Assembly: GCF_963921235.1 (NCBI RefSeq)
Contig: NC_086108.1
Coordinates: 66,776,001 to 66,840,000 of the forward strand
Source: Mobula hypostoma
Taxonomy: Eukaryota
DNA length: 64,000 nt
Direction of reading: 5' to 3'
Shown: positions 13,090-27,799 of the stretch, in pieces
How the letters are laid out: each line of letters begins with the position of its first letter
How positions within the stretch are numbered: the stretch's first letter is position 1
Program-made: the position numbers and the translations under genes
The notes under the pieces: model-generated
What the model saw: only the letters and a program-made list of their open reading frames with translations
What the model was told of the DNA's origin: nothing
Database searches by the model: none

Positions 13090-14435
13090 TAAGATATAGG
13101 AACAGAATTAGGCCATTCTACCCATTGAGTATGCTCCACCAGTCCATCATGGCTGATTCATTATCCAACTTGACTCTATTCTCCTGCCTTCTCCCTTTAA
13201 CCTTTGACACCTTGACTAATCAAAAACCTATCAACCTCCCCTTTAAAGGTTCCCAATGACTTGGCCTTCACAGCTGTCTGTGGTAACGTATTCCACAGAT
13301 TCACTGCCCTCTGGCTAAAGAAGTTTCTCCTCATCTTTGTTCTAAATGGAAGTCTGAGGCTGTACCCTCTGGTCCTACGTTCACCCACTACAGAAGATAT
13401 CCTCTTCACATCCACTCCATCTAGGCCTTTTGATATGCAATAGTTTTCAATGAGATACCTCTCATTCTTATAAACCCACTGCATATAGGCCCAGAGCCAT
13501 CAAATGCTCTTCATACATTAGTTCTTTCATTCTGGAATCATTCTTTGTGAACCTCCTCTGGAGCCTCTCTAATGCCAGCTCCGACTTGATTTCATTTTTT
13601 TTTAAATCAACAGAGCCATGCCACCCTTTCTGCCTACCTGCCCATCCCTTTGATAAAATGTGTATCCTTGGACATTAAGTTCCCAACTCTGATCTTCTTT
13701 CAGACACAGCTCAGTGATGTCAACAGTGTCATATGTACCTATCTCTAAATGCGCTCCAAGATCACCTGCCTTATTCTGTATACTACATGCATTCAAACAT
13801 AACAGCTTCAGCCCTGTATTCATCACCCTTTTCAATTGTGTCCCCATGTTACACTGCAACTCATCCCACTGACTGCAATTTTTCCCTATCATCTGCTGTC
13901 CTCCTGACAGTCTCACTGCATCTCATTGTATACTAACTGTTCCATCCTCAGCCCTATCACTCTGGCTCCCATCCCGCTGCTAAATAAGTTTAAACCTTCC
14001 CCAACAGCCCTCACAAACCTGCCCAAATTGATACTGGTTCCCCTTAGTTTTAGATGTAATCTGTCCTATTTGTACAGAAGAGATTCCAATGATCCAGAAA
14101 TCTGAAGTCCTGCCCCTGCACCAGTTCCTCAGCCACACAGTCATCTGCTAGGTCATCCCATTCTTACCCTTGCTGGTGTGTGGCATGATCAGAAATCCAG
14201 AGATTATTACCTTGGATGTCCTGTTTTTCAGCTTTCTACCTAACTCCCTAAATACTCTCTTCAGGATCCCTTCCCTTTTCCTTCCTATGTCATTGGTGCC
14301 AATATATACCAAGACTTCACCCTGCTCACCCATCCCCTTTAGAATGCAGTGGACTCGATCAGAGATATCGTTGACCTTGGCACCTGGAAGGGAACTACCA
14401 ATCCAGGTGTCTCTTTCATGTCCATTGGCTGTTCT
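13090..14435 (-). mobile_element. Second deleted CR1 LINE with ORF1 esterase remnant
   Basis: ORF1 SGNH-esterase-like EVLVYIGTNDIGRKR, endonuclease start LCLNACSIQNK, and an ORF2 C-terminus with 3' UTR at 13090-13580. Confidence 0.85.
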
Positions 14436-15029
14436 GTGAGTGAAAACATCTTGCTAAATCCACTCGCTGGAATTTTTAAAATTGTTTTTGGCACCATTTT
14501 TTGTAAACTCCAGAGTCTGTTGTGCGTAAAAATCCCAGGAGATCAGCAGACCACATACAACACATGCAAAACACATACTAACAGTCACAGACAGCACATA
14601 TAACAGATATAAATTTGACAGCCGATAAACATGCATTTAACAAAAAAAACATAAAATATAAAAATATCTATTATTTCGCCCAAGTCCCTGAATCTCACTA
14701 CATGTAAATCGATAGTGTATGGCTGTTGTCCTGGAGCCATGTTTCTGCAAGAACAAGCCGTAGCAGTTCCACACCTCATGCGTGTAGCCACAGACATACA
14801 CAATCCAGCTCATCATCCCAGAAGTGAACAATGGAGGGCAGCAATGATGGGAGGGCCAGTACCCAAAGCAGAATGGAATCCAGTGGCATAGAACCAGCCC
14901 CAGTGAATCATTCACCGTTGGCTGCAATAGGCAACCCAAGGCAAGAGGACCTTGTCCATGTAACACGTGAGGCCACACAACTCCCCCGCTATTGGTCTCA
15001 CTAGTGAACTAGTGAATCGGACTCACGGT

Positions 15030-15410
15030 ATTCTACATTAGCAATAGGGTCTTGAGATCACAACAAAAACATCCAAAACAATCACTCCACTTCCACAGAC
15101 AGAAGTGACTTACCAACCTGCCCTTGCTACACCACAATGCCCTCCAGCAATCAGGGTTGGTAGTAAGGCAACAGAAAACATGTACCACTTCCCATACCTT
15201 GGGAGCCATCACACAATTTAGGCAGATGCCAATGACGAAATTCACCTTCAGTGTGTCCACACAGCTTTTTGTCAACTGATAAAAGATGATTAATACTATG
15301 ACATGAAAAGGAAATTTGTGGTCTATTGAGAAATGTTCCCTTTGTTTCCAAAGGCCATTTGCAACATTTACAGTCATCTCAAAATCTTGTAAAGACACCA
15401 CCAATGTTAA
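15030..15410 (+). mobile_element. Decayed RTE-clade RT fragment
   Basis: HFPYLGSH....ADANDEIH motif. It probably resumes at about 15680-15790, after an inserted element. Confidence 0.6.
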
Positions 15411-15665
15411 CTCCACCATGGACTGTCCCAAGCCCGGCTACAACAGGAGGATGATTGAACATGGGCTAGCAACCCCATCCTATAAAAAATCTAGTGCTTC
15501 AGAAACGCCAGCAGAAGATCAAAAGACCTCATCTTTTGGAGAGGAATGATCTAAGATGATGGGCTACATCCGGAGACAACTTGTAAGAACGACCCAGGAT
15601 TGAGAACTCTAGCGAGCTGCTTTCTGTGGTCTATGTCCCAGTAGGGGTGATGGGCTGAAGTACTA
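15411..15665 (+). mobile_element. RTE-related short non-autonomous retroposon
   Basis: GGGCTAGCAACCCCATCC...AAAA segment followed by an RTE-like 3' end (CTATGTCCCAGTAGGGGTGATGGGCTGAAGTA). Confidence 0.55.
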
Positions 15666-17289
15666 CCAATATTGTCTACAGAAAATCCCTCAACTTAACC
15701 AATAGGATAAACATATGGACATCAATGTCCTCACCCAGGCCAATATCCCCAGTATTGAGACCATCATTATATTCTGATGACTTTGTCGGGCAAGTCATAT
15801 CACTCGCATAGCTAACATCAGATTCCACGCAGAGGTGTGTGTGTGTGTGTGTGGTGGCGCGCGCAACTGAGTAACTGCATGGTTGCATGGCATGCCGTCT
15901 GTCCATAATACGTTTTCCAGTACTAATTGCTAAGTTTACAAATACAGTAACACAGTTATGGGCAAAGAAAAGCAATCAAAATACCTAATTGGAATATAAA
16001 CAAAGATAAGCATATGCATTTTTAGCACTTAACCAAGATGTTACCCTCTGTGACAATGCCATGGTAGGATGGTAACTGTGGAGACAATATTTTACTAAGT
16101 AGACATTCCAGGTTCTATGTTAGGATACAGGTCACTGTGTACACAAATGCATAGGGAGGCCCATTGATTTAACGTATTTTAGCTCAGACAAAATAACAAA
16201 ACCTATTGATTTAGAATTGCAAATAAAATAGACACAAATTGTTTTCATTCTGAGCTTTGAACTTAGTTATTAGAAGGCTCCTGACTCAGAACCCAGGCAA
16301 TATCACAGCAAAACGAATCTACCAGGCCATTTGGAGTATAGCAAGCTACAGGCACTAATAGTTCACTGGTGCTTGAGAGCTTTGTGGGCAATATCCTCCA
16401 TTTCAAAGAGCGAAAGTGTAAAATAGTCAAATTTGCTTTTGTTGGGTGTGGAATGATTCCTGATATCTTCAGCAATCTCATTTCTGTGAAATGATGTTTA
16501 CATTTCCTTGGAATTCCATATAACATACTGGTTAGAGCGCTAAAGGGCTGATTTTCAGCAAAGTCAGCTTCCTGGCAAATAAAGCAAAACACGAGAGTGC
16601 AACCCAGATAAATTGTCAATGCGGTTACAGTGTCGGAGACAATCAGGCTTCAACAATAATCAGCTGGTGACATACAAGCTTTCTCTTGTGGATTATCTTT
16701 GTATGTGTAATAGATAAACATTTGTGATTCAAGGACCGGTGCTTTGACTAAAGGAATTAGTTGCCATGAGTTGAATTACTAAAATATTAGTTACTTATTT
16801 TATCATTTATTGTTCTTGTAAATATATTTTTATCTTTTTAACTTCCCTAAACATATGGTAATCCTTCAAGACTAACACTTGGTGGCTTGTAAATATATTA
16901 TATCCTTTTGTAAATCTTCATAGGAAAGACTGCCACTCAACTTTAGGAAACATTGTGGTCAAGTCTGATCTTGTCATCTGAAGCACTCGCAGATGAATGG
17001 CAAAGGTCACAATGCTGTGATTCATCTCCCGATCAAGATAGCGCCAGTGAACAACGATTCCTTGGGTGACATCTACCAGATAGTCAATCATTTCAGCTTT
17101 TGTATGTCTTCTACTTATTCTGTTTTCTTAATTTTATTTTTCAAATGGTTGGAGCCTGTGACTTATAGTCTGTGGTAATCCAATCGAATGAGCAAGTACT
17201 CTGCTGTCCTGAAGAAAACTCCAGGAGAGAAATGCAAGCACGAGCTACCACAAGGAGAAGCTCACAGATAAGACAGCAGACAATGATCA

Positions 17290-17792
17290 ATCATTTCTGA
17301 CTGATTAAAGTCTCGAGGAAGGTTGAAATATCAAGGCAAATGCGGCGGAGGGTGAGCGGTTCTTGAAGAGGATGCTGATTCGAGTCTTCGCCGTTGGAGG
17401 GGCTGCTGTTTCAAGTCACCACCCTGGATCCTGATATTCTTGGAGATGTTAATGAAATTCTGAGATCTGTGGATTGGACTGTAGCTCAAACTAACTGCAG
17501 TTCATATTGGCCTCTTTCAGTTCTATGTTTTGTTGTGTTCTCACCCATTCTTTCTTATTGCATATTGGGGGGCTGGGGGTTTGGGTGATCTGTTAGTTTT
17601 CAAATGAGGGAGGGGTTGGGAGTGTTTGGAGTTGGCGAGTTTTTGTTTCTTTTTCTTTTTGTGTTGGGGGGATGTCTTTCTTTCAACTACTTACATGGTT
17701 TTCTGTAGTCTACGGATCTCTGGAGAAGACAAGTTTCAGAGTTGTATTTTGCATACATACTTTGATAATAAAATGATCTTTTGAACCTTTGA
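17290..17792 (+). mobile_element. Unclassified non-LTR retroelement 3' region
   Basis: GT-rich body ending AATAAAATGATCTTTTGAACCTTTGA; similar in style to the 53015-53810 tail. Confidence 0.5.
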
Positions 17793-17866
17793 TTAATATT
17801 AAACGTTTAGAAATCAGAAATTTTACTCAACAAGAAATTAACAAAGTCAGTTAAGTGAGGTAAATA

Positions 17867-18562
17867 CAGTAGATTCCAGTTAAGTGGGACTGGAATATAT
17901 TTTGGCCCAATTAAACGGCTGCCATAATTAGCCGAAGTTTAATGGAAATAGTTAAAAAGGTATAAAAAAGACAAACTGCTATTTAACTGAGAACAACTTA
18001 GGCATTTCAATGAAATACAGAACAAATTAGAACACTACCAATACTACAATACTTTAAAACTGTGCATTGGTTTGTAATGGTTATCGACAGAGTAACTCAT
18101 CCAGTGTATGCTGCCATGATCGTTTGATTGACAGTAAGTGAACAAGATCAGCACAGACAACGAGAGTAATTTTTTTGGCTAGTGTAATCTTCTGATGGCA
18201 TTTTGGCGAGGGTCTGAAATTTTTTGAACTCAAAATAAAAAAAAAACAAAATGATCAAAAATCATTACTTTTTAAATCAGTGTCCGTCAGCCCAAATGGA
18301 TAACATAACACAGAACACATAACTGACGCTATTTAAAAACTATATGCTCTATGCTTGGTGTAGTGTCTAACAGCACATAAGTGCACGCAACTGATGCTAG
18401 TTAGAAACTTCTCAGCAACAATCTCTTGTCCTAAATAAGCTACGTACTGTCCCAAATGAAGGAAATCCCAGCTACTATTTCAATTAATTATTGTTCTTTA
18501 AGAGTTATCTCAATAAACAGCTGACCTGATTAACCGACAGCCCAATTAACTGGAATCCACTG
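17867..18562. mobile_element. Tigger/pogo-like MITE
   Basis: TIRs CAGT(A/G)GATTCCAGTTAA with TA on both sides. Right half is similar to 26750-26992. Confidence 0.85.
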
Positions 18563-20814
18563 TATTTGAAAATAAAGGTTTTGGTCTGATAGATATTCGC
18601 TTCCTGGGCCAGGAGCCTCTTGCTTTAGCCAAGCTTAGCTTTCTAAACACAGCAGCTGCCACTTGTGAAGGTATGAATTAAAATTCCAATTCATATTTAT
18701 TGCTTAGCTTCTGGTCATAAACAGGAGCTAGTCTTCAGTTCTTAAAATGCAAATGGCAAGCAACAATCAGTTTTAAGAATTAAAACACAGCTTTGCAAAC
18801 AAACTCTGTCTATAGAAAACAGGATGTTGGGTCACTGCACAAGTTTTATTGTTGAAGGGATGCAGTATAAGACAAAGGTTTATTTAATTTGGCTTGTTTC
18901 AAAACAGACGACACTGGCTGAGTTGTTTAGTTCGTGGAAGCTTGCAGAACATATGGAGATAATCACTTAGCATAAAAAATAACTGATCTATTAATGTTGA
19001 AAGGTTTATGTGCTCAGAGAAGATAGCTTTAGAGCATTAATTATGGGTAGCTGTAACTGTGTCTCCAAAAAGTTTTTAGACCATGAAAAGGGTATCTGAG
19101 GAAATATCATATTTGTGTGAAGTCACCCAAGTGGCAAAGGAACTATATAAATTTAGAGCACAGTTCAAGCTTATTATAAATGGGATAAGGAACATCATAA
19201 AACATGGAAGAAACATGGGGTGAATAGAGTCCATCCCCCTGCCTTTGGTTTCTGCGATGGACAACTGGTTCATTTGCAACTTGGAGATAGGTCTTCTTAG
19301 CTTATAGGAATTATACCTGTGTTTTGAAAATCCTTGTGTTTTACAAATTATTTTTATATTTTTAAAATGTTTTATAAGTTAGAAATCCTCTTTGAGTTGT
19401 AAATATGTTTTAAAAATGAATGCTGTTCAGATTTAAAGAACATTTAAGGTACATTTTAGCTGGAAGAATCCTTTCCTTGGTAGGGAAAAGGACCCACCAC
19501 TCAAATCGTGGGTATTGTCATTTAAGCTTGCCATGGAGAATAGAGAAACTAGTCTTTGAAAATTGGGCAGTTGCAATATAACCACCCTTTAGTGAAGGTA
19601 ATTGTAGCTACTTATATTGGATAGGGCTTAAGGTCTTAGCCTGAGTTTAGAAATTTTTGGTCAGCAAATCCACTATCATCACAATGGTTGGAAACCTTTT
19701 CAAATCTTTAGTATATTAGTTGTGTCTACATTCCTATGGATTCTGTTAATATTAAAACCAGGTAGAATTTGGATCCAACTGACAATTCTCTCTGAATACA
19801 GCTTTGCCCCATTTACCACAGCTAGAGAGGCATGTGGAGCTGCTTATATAACTGGGGTTTGACATGAGTTTACTGCCTTGAGCAAGAACCATGATATCAC
19901 TAATATAAATTCAGCCCTTATTTTGTTAGGAACCACTATCATAGTTGAACTTTTGGTTTGTAAGTAGTTGTCAATCAGATAAATCTTTTCTGGGAGAATA
20001 TTATTGACTTTTTCTTTAAGTTAACAAAAACATTTCCTTCTAGGGTAATTGAATGACTAAAGTTAACTCACCATCTCCGCCAAGAGCCTTCTTTGTAAAT
20101 TCAACCACAAAAGGATTACATCCAAATTTTTCATTTCACTTCAATAGTTTCTTAATGTCTATATGTTATAAGAATTTAGCAACATGATGGAAAGCAAATA
20201 TTTTTCTCGGAGCAGAAACAAAACCCCAGTTATTAACCAAGTGCTGTGTTCATACAGTGTTTAACCCTTAATGGAAAAATGTGGATTAACAGCAAAGCAA
20301 AAATTGTATCTTTTTTTTTGTTTGTATGTCTGATACTGTGATGACCTCAATACATCATAGATCAAAAATACTGTATTTAACACATGATAGAAAACATGGG
20401 AAAAGGGACGGTGAGGAAAGCAAAGGAACTTTATATTGATGGCAAGCTATTAGCAACAGGGGCACGTAAGGCTATGATACTATTAAAAAAAATAGACCTT
20501 AATATAATTTAGATTAGGGACCAACTTTTCCTCAGTATCTAAAGGATCAATGGAGGTAAATCAGAGGTCTAGCTGTTTTCCACATTGGGAAAACCATATT
20601 CAGCACATGGTGCATATAAAACCATGCAGACTTTATGGAGAGCTACTACAAAAATTCTACTTGGCGCCCAAGTCTGGTGGTCATGAAGCAGAGGGACTCA
20701 TTAATGCAGAGGGGATGGTTAAGAGTGTTGAAGATTGGGATGATCATCAGTATCTTAAGGTTACTTTGGGATATCAAAAGCGTGGAATTTATGATTAGCT
20801 AATCTCATGGTATA

Positions 20815-21140
20815 TGTAGGTAGATACTTTATTGATCCCAAAGGAAATTACTTTATCATAGCAGCATTACAAGTGCACAGATATACAAATATTAGAAGAG
20901 AAGTAAGAAAGGACAAAAAATAAGTTACCACAAACAGTCTAACAGGAGGGGGTCATCACATCCCTGGCTATGGGTTGACTCATTATAGAGCCAAATGGTT
21001 GAGGGTAAGAATGACCTCGTATAACACGCTTTGGAGCAGTGCATTTGTCTTAGTCTATTACTAAAAGTTCTCCACTATTCAGCCAAGTTGGCATGCAGAG
21101 GGTGAGAAACATTATCCAGAATTGCCAGGATTTTCCATAG
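20815..21140 (-). mobile_element. Rex1/L2-like LINE 3' end
   Basis: KILAILDNVSHPLHA motif and a 3' end ...TTTGGGATCAATAAAGTATCTA. Confidence 0.65.
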
Positions 21141-22324
21141 GGAATTGAATTGAAGATAGGGTGATGTGAGATTGATGTTGGGATTGGGAAGGAGGGTAGT
21201 GTGTTTCAGCAAGTACCAAGATTTGAACTGAAAGAAGGCATTATGCTTACAACTGGACTGGGCATCAGGGGCTGGGGTACACTCCAACAGAACCCCTCAA
21301 GTTTGTTTGTGCCTTATGGAAAACTCATTCATGACTGGGAATGTGTGAACAGTATGAATGAATGCTGTACAGGTGCCAGGGATGTACCCACAGACATTTG
21401 GTGACCACTCTGCATGACCAGACACCTCCTGACTTTGGTACCGTGGTAACAGAACGAATTGTGAACTATAGGATGCACATGGCACCCTCATGCATAACTT
21501 GACTAGCTTTCCAACGAAGAACATAGTAAGCAATGGAATGTCAAAGTCAGATCATCTTTCCAGTTTTAATCTAGAATCAGTAATCCATATGACCAAATAA
21601 CTAAAGGATGAACACTGCTCATCTGCTGCATTTTAACCTGGATATTGCCTTTCCTTTGATTCAACAGAAACATTTTGCTCAGAACAAATGAAGCTTTGTA
21701 GCTTATCCTTTTAATTAATTACAGGTTTATGAGTTCTCCTCTTTTGAGTGTATAGAACCCAAGGACCTCAAAGTTTTTTCATGCAGCACAATATTTATGC
21801 ATGCCATGCTATAGAATCATTTTAAAAAATCAATTGCTTCTGCTTTTGCTCCTGCAGCAACATTTCACTCAGTAACAGCAATCGTGAGCTTACTGTATTA
21901 ACATATTCTCTTGGATGCTTCTTCGGCAAGCCCTGAAAGGGATCAGCTTGATAAGGTTCTAGGCTGTAGAAGCCAATGTTTGCAACAGCCTACCTATCCC
22001 TCACTGCAGTTCTCAATCAGGTCTCCCACAGCAGTATCCAGGTGCAGTTGCAATATTGAACTTTCTAACATCAACATCATTTTGTCACAGACCACAACCT
22101 TAACACCTCCTCGCCACAATGTAGCTTTTGCTTTGATCCTCTTGCTGATCTTCTAAATTCCAAACGTTCATACCTGGCAAACCCCCATTCCCAAACTGAT
22201 GCTCTAACATTTTCCTTCGCAACTGCCTGAGCCTCCCTCCATGGCAAAACTCAGGATGTACAGTTGCCTGACATCTTCTACCCAATCCATCATTGTACAG
22301 CCTTTGTGTGAGCTGAACATGCAA

Positions 22325-22625
22325 AGATCAAAGTAATTTTATTATCAAGGTACATATATGTCACCAGATACAACACTGAAACTCATTCTCCTGCGGGCAT
22401 ACTGTATAAGTTCATAATGGAATTACAACTATAATAGAATCAGTAAAAGACCACACCAACTCGGGTATTGAACAGTGTGCAAAAGACAACAGGCAGCAAG
22501 TATAAAATAAAAAAGAAAGAATAATAAATAAATAAATAAATAAATACTGAAAACATGAGATGAAGAGTCCTTGAAAGTGAGTCCATAGGTTGTGGGAACA
22601 TTTCCAATGATGGGGCAAGAGAAGT
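22325..22625 (-). mobile_element. Rex1-like LINE 3' UTR fragment
   Basis: Same 3' end as 61740-62020 (TTTATTATCAA..TACATATATGTCACCA.ATAC). Confidence 0.6.
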
Positions 22626-22714
22626 TGACAGAAGTTATTCCTTTTGGACTTCCCATTTTCTACTTGGTGAAATACACATACCATCCAAGGATGTCAGCAA
22701 CAATTTGTTTTAAA

Positions 22715-23940
22715 TGACTAACCTGCCCGGTGGTACTAATGAACTAAACAACCACTGATCGGTGGCACTGACGCCAATCATCATGAAGTGAATTGAATGG
22801 CAGGTAACGGCAGATTTTGTTTCGGCATTCAACACTATTGTTCCACAGACCTTGGTGAACACACTCCTATTCCTCAGTCTAACTACACCTCTGTGTAACT
22901 GGGTGTTGGACTTCCAAACCAACAGACCTCAGAGAGTCAGGATGCACAACCCCTCCTCCGTCCCCATCATCCTCAACACAGATGCCCCCCAGGGCTGTGT
23001 GCTGAGCCCATTGACTGCATAGCCAAGCACTCAAGTAATCACATTGTGAAGTTTGCCAATGACACGACGGTGGTGGGGCTCACCACCAGCAATGATGAGA
23101 TGCTCTACAGAGAGGAGGTGGAAGAGCTTGACGCCTGGTTCAGGCAAGTAACCTCTTCCTCAAAGTCAACAAGACAAAGGAGATCGCTATCTACTGCAGG
23201 AGAACTTGCACACTCACACTCCTCTTTACGTTGGCAGACAGCAGTGGAAACTGTCAGCAGTTTCAAACTCCTCGCATTGCACATCACACACAACTTCTGA
23301 TGCCCCCAGAACACATTCTACAGAATCAGGAAAGCTCACCAATACCTCTACTTTCTGAGGAGGCTGAAGACAGCCGGACAATTCACATCTATACTCACAT
23401 CATTCTACAGATGCGCAATAGAGAGCATCCTAACAACCTACGTCACTGTATGATATAGAAACTGCACCACAGCGAACAGCAAGGTTCACAGTGGGTAGCT
23501 GAAAAAGCCCAACACATCACCAGCACCAGCCTACACACCATCAAGGTGCCATTAAAGGGCCAGTAACATCATGATGAATCCAACCCACCCTACTCATGGA
23601 CTGTTTGCTTCACTGCCATCAGGGAGGAGGCTACATAACAACAACGCCAGCACCACCGGACTCAGAAACAGTTACGTGCCTGAAGCAGGAAGGTTGATCG
23701 ACACCTTCAACCCACTAATCCATCCCTCCAGGCAATACTACTTTATCATTTCATGTCAGTTACTCTTGTGCCCGGACATCCAATCTATGTATACAACCTT
23801 TCTTATGTATTTATATTTATTGTGTTTGTTAAAAAAAATATTACAGTGTTTTAATTTGCGCTGCATTGGGGCAAAGTAACGATTATTTTGTTCTCCTTTA
23901 CACTTGTGTACTGGAAATTACAGTAAACAATCTTGTATCT
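22715..23940 (+). mobile_element. Rex1/Babar-like LINE RT and 3' end
   Basis: APQGCVLSP, KFANDTTVVGL, VETVSSFKLL, NPTHPTHGLFASLPSGRR motifs. Confidence 0.85.
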
Positions 23941-24720
23941 TAAAGCTATTGTCAGCAGCCATCTTCATGACCATTCAGAAATAATGCTTGAAAGCTCAGC
24001 ACAACTGACAAAAATGTATCTCATGCTACATATGTTATTATGGTGTTTTCAGTTTTGTTTCCTAATATGGTATATACGGAAGTCACTTGTTCTGCTGACA
24101 GATAGAAGTATTTATGTCCAAGATGTGTGTCCTCATTCTTTTTATGTTGTATTTATACAATCAAATTAGCTTTGGAAACAAATGCATTTTCTATTGTAAT
24201 AAACACAAACAAATTTGGTAATGAGAGCATTTAGATATTGAAAGATTTGTCTTTGAAGTGGTGAAGAAAATAAACAAGCTTTCATCAAACAAGAAATCCT
24301 AAAATTAAAACTAATTTCCGATACTGAAAACATAGAGCTTTTAGTCCATCTGGAGGGACACAGGAACCTAACCACAACAATCTGTGACATTAATCTGCAT
24401 CATTACTAAGTGAAAAAAAGATAGCTAAGCAATAAGTTAGCCAAAAGATGGCATTAGAAATTGAACCGGTGACAGTAGTTTTGATAGCATCAGAGATTAT
24501 CATATTTAAGGATTTTAACTCGATAAATGCGATGCTCAGTGACACAAACAAAATACACTAGTAACACAGAGAAACAGCATATCAGATTCCTTAAGAGGAA
24601 CATTGATGATGGTAGAGTGGTGGATGTTGTATGCAAAGTGAATGTTGTATACCAAGGTCGTTCATGGTAGGCTGAGCCAAAAGATTAAGGTACATGGGAT
24701 GTGCAGACTTGGTAGATTCT

Positions 24721-24972
24721 CGGCAGCATGGTGACGTAGCAGTTAATATAACACAATTACAGCACCAATGACCCAGGTTCAATTCCTCCACTGCCTGAAG
24801 GAGTTTGTACATTTTCCCCATGACTGTGTTGGTTTCCTCTGGGTGCTCTGGTTTCCTCCCGCATTTCAAAGACGTACAGGTTAGTAGGTTAATTGGTCAC
24901 ATGACTTGCTATTGGGCTGCACTGGCACATTGGGCTTGAGGGCCTGTTACTATATCTCTAAATTTTAAAAAA
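24721..24972 (+). mobile_element. tRNA-derived V-SINE
   Basis: B box GGTTCAATTCC followed by a V-domain-like TGGTTTCCTCTGGGTGCTCTGGTTTCCTCCC and an A-rich tail. Confidence 0.8.
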
Positions 24973-25012
24973 AACTGTATAAATAAACTAAATAACTTAA
25001 CAATTATTTAGT

Positions 25013-25567
25013 TGTAACGCGCTGTAATGTTTCACTGCTAAGGTAATGGTTTCTCTGTAGCAGTAATGTTTGGGTTATGATGGAGATAGCAGGGGCTTTG
25101 GAATATGTGCCATCCAATGAGAGGCATGTTGTTCTTCCTTGTGGGTCTGGAAGCAGGGATTTCTTGGTCTTTTGTTGGTGGGAAATGAAGAGAGCAGACG
25201 TGAATGGAAAGAGTTGTAGACCGGCGGACAGAGTAGACGCGGAGTGAGGGTCCGACAGCAACGCTCGGAGGAGGTCAATGGGGAACGAATGGATGAATCC
25301 GTGAGCTCCAACATGCACACAAGACTGTTTCATTAAAGTGGACCCTTTTTCTTTTTATTTTCTTTACTAACCCTATAGTCAGAATAAGATTTATAAAGTT
25401 CGGTCGTTTAATTGCATATGGTGTACTGTCTGATAGTTTGCGGTTCGGAATTGTAACTGGGAAACACATTACTCAGCAGCCACAAAAAAATGAGATTTCT
25501 CAGTTTGGCTGGGTCAGAGGCTGTCTTCCCCTAGACAAATGCATGCTGGCTGAGCCTGAGGATTACA
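25013..25567. mobile_element. Solo LTR (Gypsy- or ERV-like), 555 bp
   Basis: Termini TGTAA...TTACA, with a perfect 4-bp TSD TAGT at 25009-25012 and 25568-25571. Confidence 0.85.
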
Positions 25568-25599
25568 TAGTAACTAAATCAATTGTCTTCATCATGGAA

Positions 25600-26200
25600 G
25601 AAAGAGGATAGTTTTGAGTGTTTTTCTGACTAGACGCTTGTGAACAATGGTCCTCCACAAGGATCAGCACAGGGACCTCTTTTGTTAGGGACACACATAA
25701 ATGACTTGGAAAAGGAGTCAAGGGGCTGGTTAAGTATGTGTGCAGATGACACAAACATTGGCAGAGTTGTAGATAGTAACAATAGTTGCCAAATAATTCA
25801 TCAGGATATGGAACAGATGCAAATATAGACTGAGAAATGGAGGTGTTGCACTTTGAGAGGTGAAATGCAAGTGGAATGTATACACTAAGTAGAATAACCC
25901 TTAAAAGCATTAGTATTTCCATTAGGAGTCTAGGATCCAAGGATTCATTACCTCAGAATAAAGGAAATGTCTTCTTAAAACTGAGATTTAGGAATTTCTT
26001 CAGCTAGAGGGTGGTGAACCTGTGGAATTCATTGTCACAGAAACTTGTGGAGGCTAAAACATTGATATATTGAAAGAACTTGATTGGTAAGGGAGTTAAA
26101 GGTTGTGATGAGAAGACAGGAGAATTGTGTTAAAGAAATCAGCCATGATTGTCTGCCAGAGCAGATTTGATAGGTTGAAAGGGAACGAGTAGACTGCACC
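25600..26200 (+). mobile_element. Decayed CR1 RT and 3' fragments
   Basis: GPPQGSAQGPLL...INDL...CADDTNIG motifs. Confidence 0.75.
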
Positions 26201-26524
26201 CATTCTTCTGCTTATCCAGAGCACCTTTGTGCTCCAGTTGCACAAATTCATGATTCTCACCAGCATTCTGAATGCTTCTTTTCCACTTTCAGCAACTGTG
26301 ACCCAGAGATTCCAGAGCATCAATGGGAAGGTACACTTTTTCCAACAAGGTTTTTAGACACATCCTTGAACCTTTGTTGACTTAATCACATTACAAATTC
26401 TGTTTTACTTGCACCATTGTCATTTAATCTATCCTCCCTTCTATGATATATGTTAATCATTACCCCACCCCCTTCACCATGTAGCCAGCACCCTGCTTGG
26501 CCTAATATAGATAATGGACTGGCT

Positions 26525-26992
26525 TTATACAATGTTATTGACAATTGTATCCTCCAAGTCTTCATTTTCATTGTAACATTCAAAATGATTGTTGATACCT
26601 TCAAATTCTTTGTAGTTCCTAACTTGTTGAAGCAGTGAAATCATTTCATTTTCATTTCCAGTCACTTCTGGCATCTCCAACCTTGAATGCTTGAAACCGC
26701 AGTGAACAAAATAGTTCTGAATTGTCCTACTGCTTATTTCTTGCCAAATATCAGTGATAAAAAATGATTGCTTGTTAAGCACAAGCACCCGCAACTGTGC
26801 TATTTAAAAACTGTTCCCCCTAAGCACGGTGTAGTGTTTAACAGCTACGCAAGCGCACACGACTGGCGCTAGTGTCTCAAATAAATAAAGTGGATCCCAG
26901 TGATTTTCTCAATTAGTTTTTGCTCTTTAAGAGTTGTCCCAAATAAGCACCTTCCTCAATTAACTGATGGCCCAATTAACCAGATTCGACTG
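26525..26992 (-). mobile_element. Truncated Tigger-like transposon with transposase C-terminal remnant
   Basis: WQEISSRTIQNYFVHCGF resembles the TIGD/pogo 'W..I...TI.NCF..CGF' motif. One TIR plus TA at 26992; related to 17867-18562. Confidence 0.7.
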
Positions 26993-27799
26993 TACTCATT
27001 TTATATGAATATTGAAGCTCATTGTGAATGTTTACTGTGCAAGTGAAAGATATCATCGTATATATTTGGATTTTCAAAAGTTACTGGTGGTTAAAGGCGA
27101 AAACCATGATCTAAAATGAGCCATACTTTTATTATATCCTCAACTGCAACAACTCATGCATCTGGAGGCCAGTTACTTCCATGGTATGAATCACTTCAAC
27201 AAATACACAATGAACGAAAGGAAAATGATGGTTTTAGATTTTAAAAAGTCTGCAATTCATCCTTAAGAATCCAGAAAACCAAACAACATTGCAATGGACC
27301 TGGCTGATGCTCAGCTGGTATGATTTGAACTATATTATGAGCATACAGAATTGTTGAGTTTGTTCAGCACAATGAATGAACCTGCAGTCATTACACAGCT
27401 GATGATGAACCAATAGAGTTACACTGCATGGAAACAGGTCCCTCAGCCCAGCTCAATCATTTTGCATACCTCAGCTAAACCCAAGAGCCTACATTTGCCC
27501 CTTATCCATTTATACTTATTTAAGGTCCATGTACCTCCTTTAAATTTGTAACTACACCAGTCTCCTGCACTTCCAAATTTAGGGATTGTATACAATACTT
27601 TGAAAATTGTGTATTTTATTTGCATATTATCCATACAATTCACACAAGTAGAATATTACTCATCTTAAAATATCGATAACTTAAAAAAAAATGAATGGAG
27701 AAATACCTCTTCTAAAGAGATAATCACTTCAAAATAGGACATTATTTCTTGAAATATGCAGCTATTCATAAAACTGAGTGGAAAGGACAGCAGAGGTTT

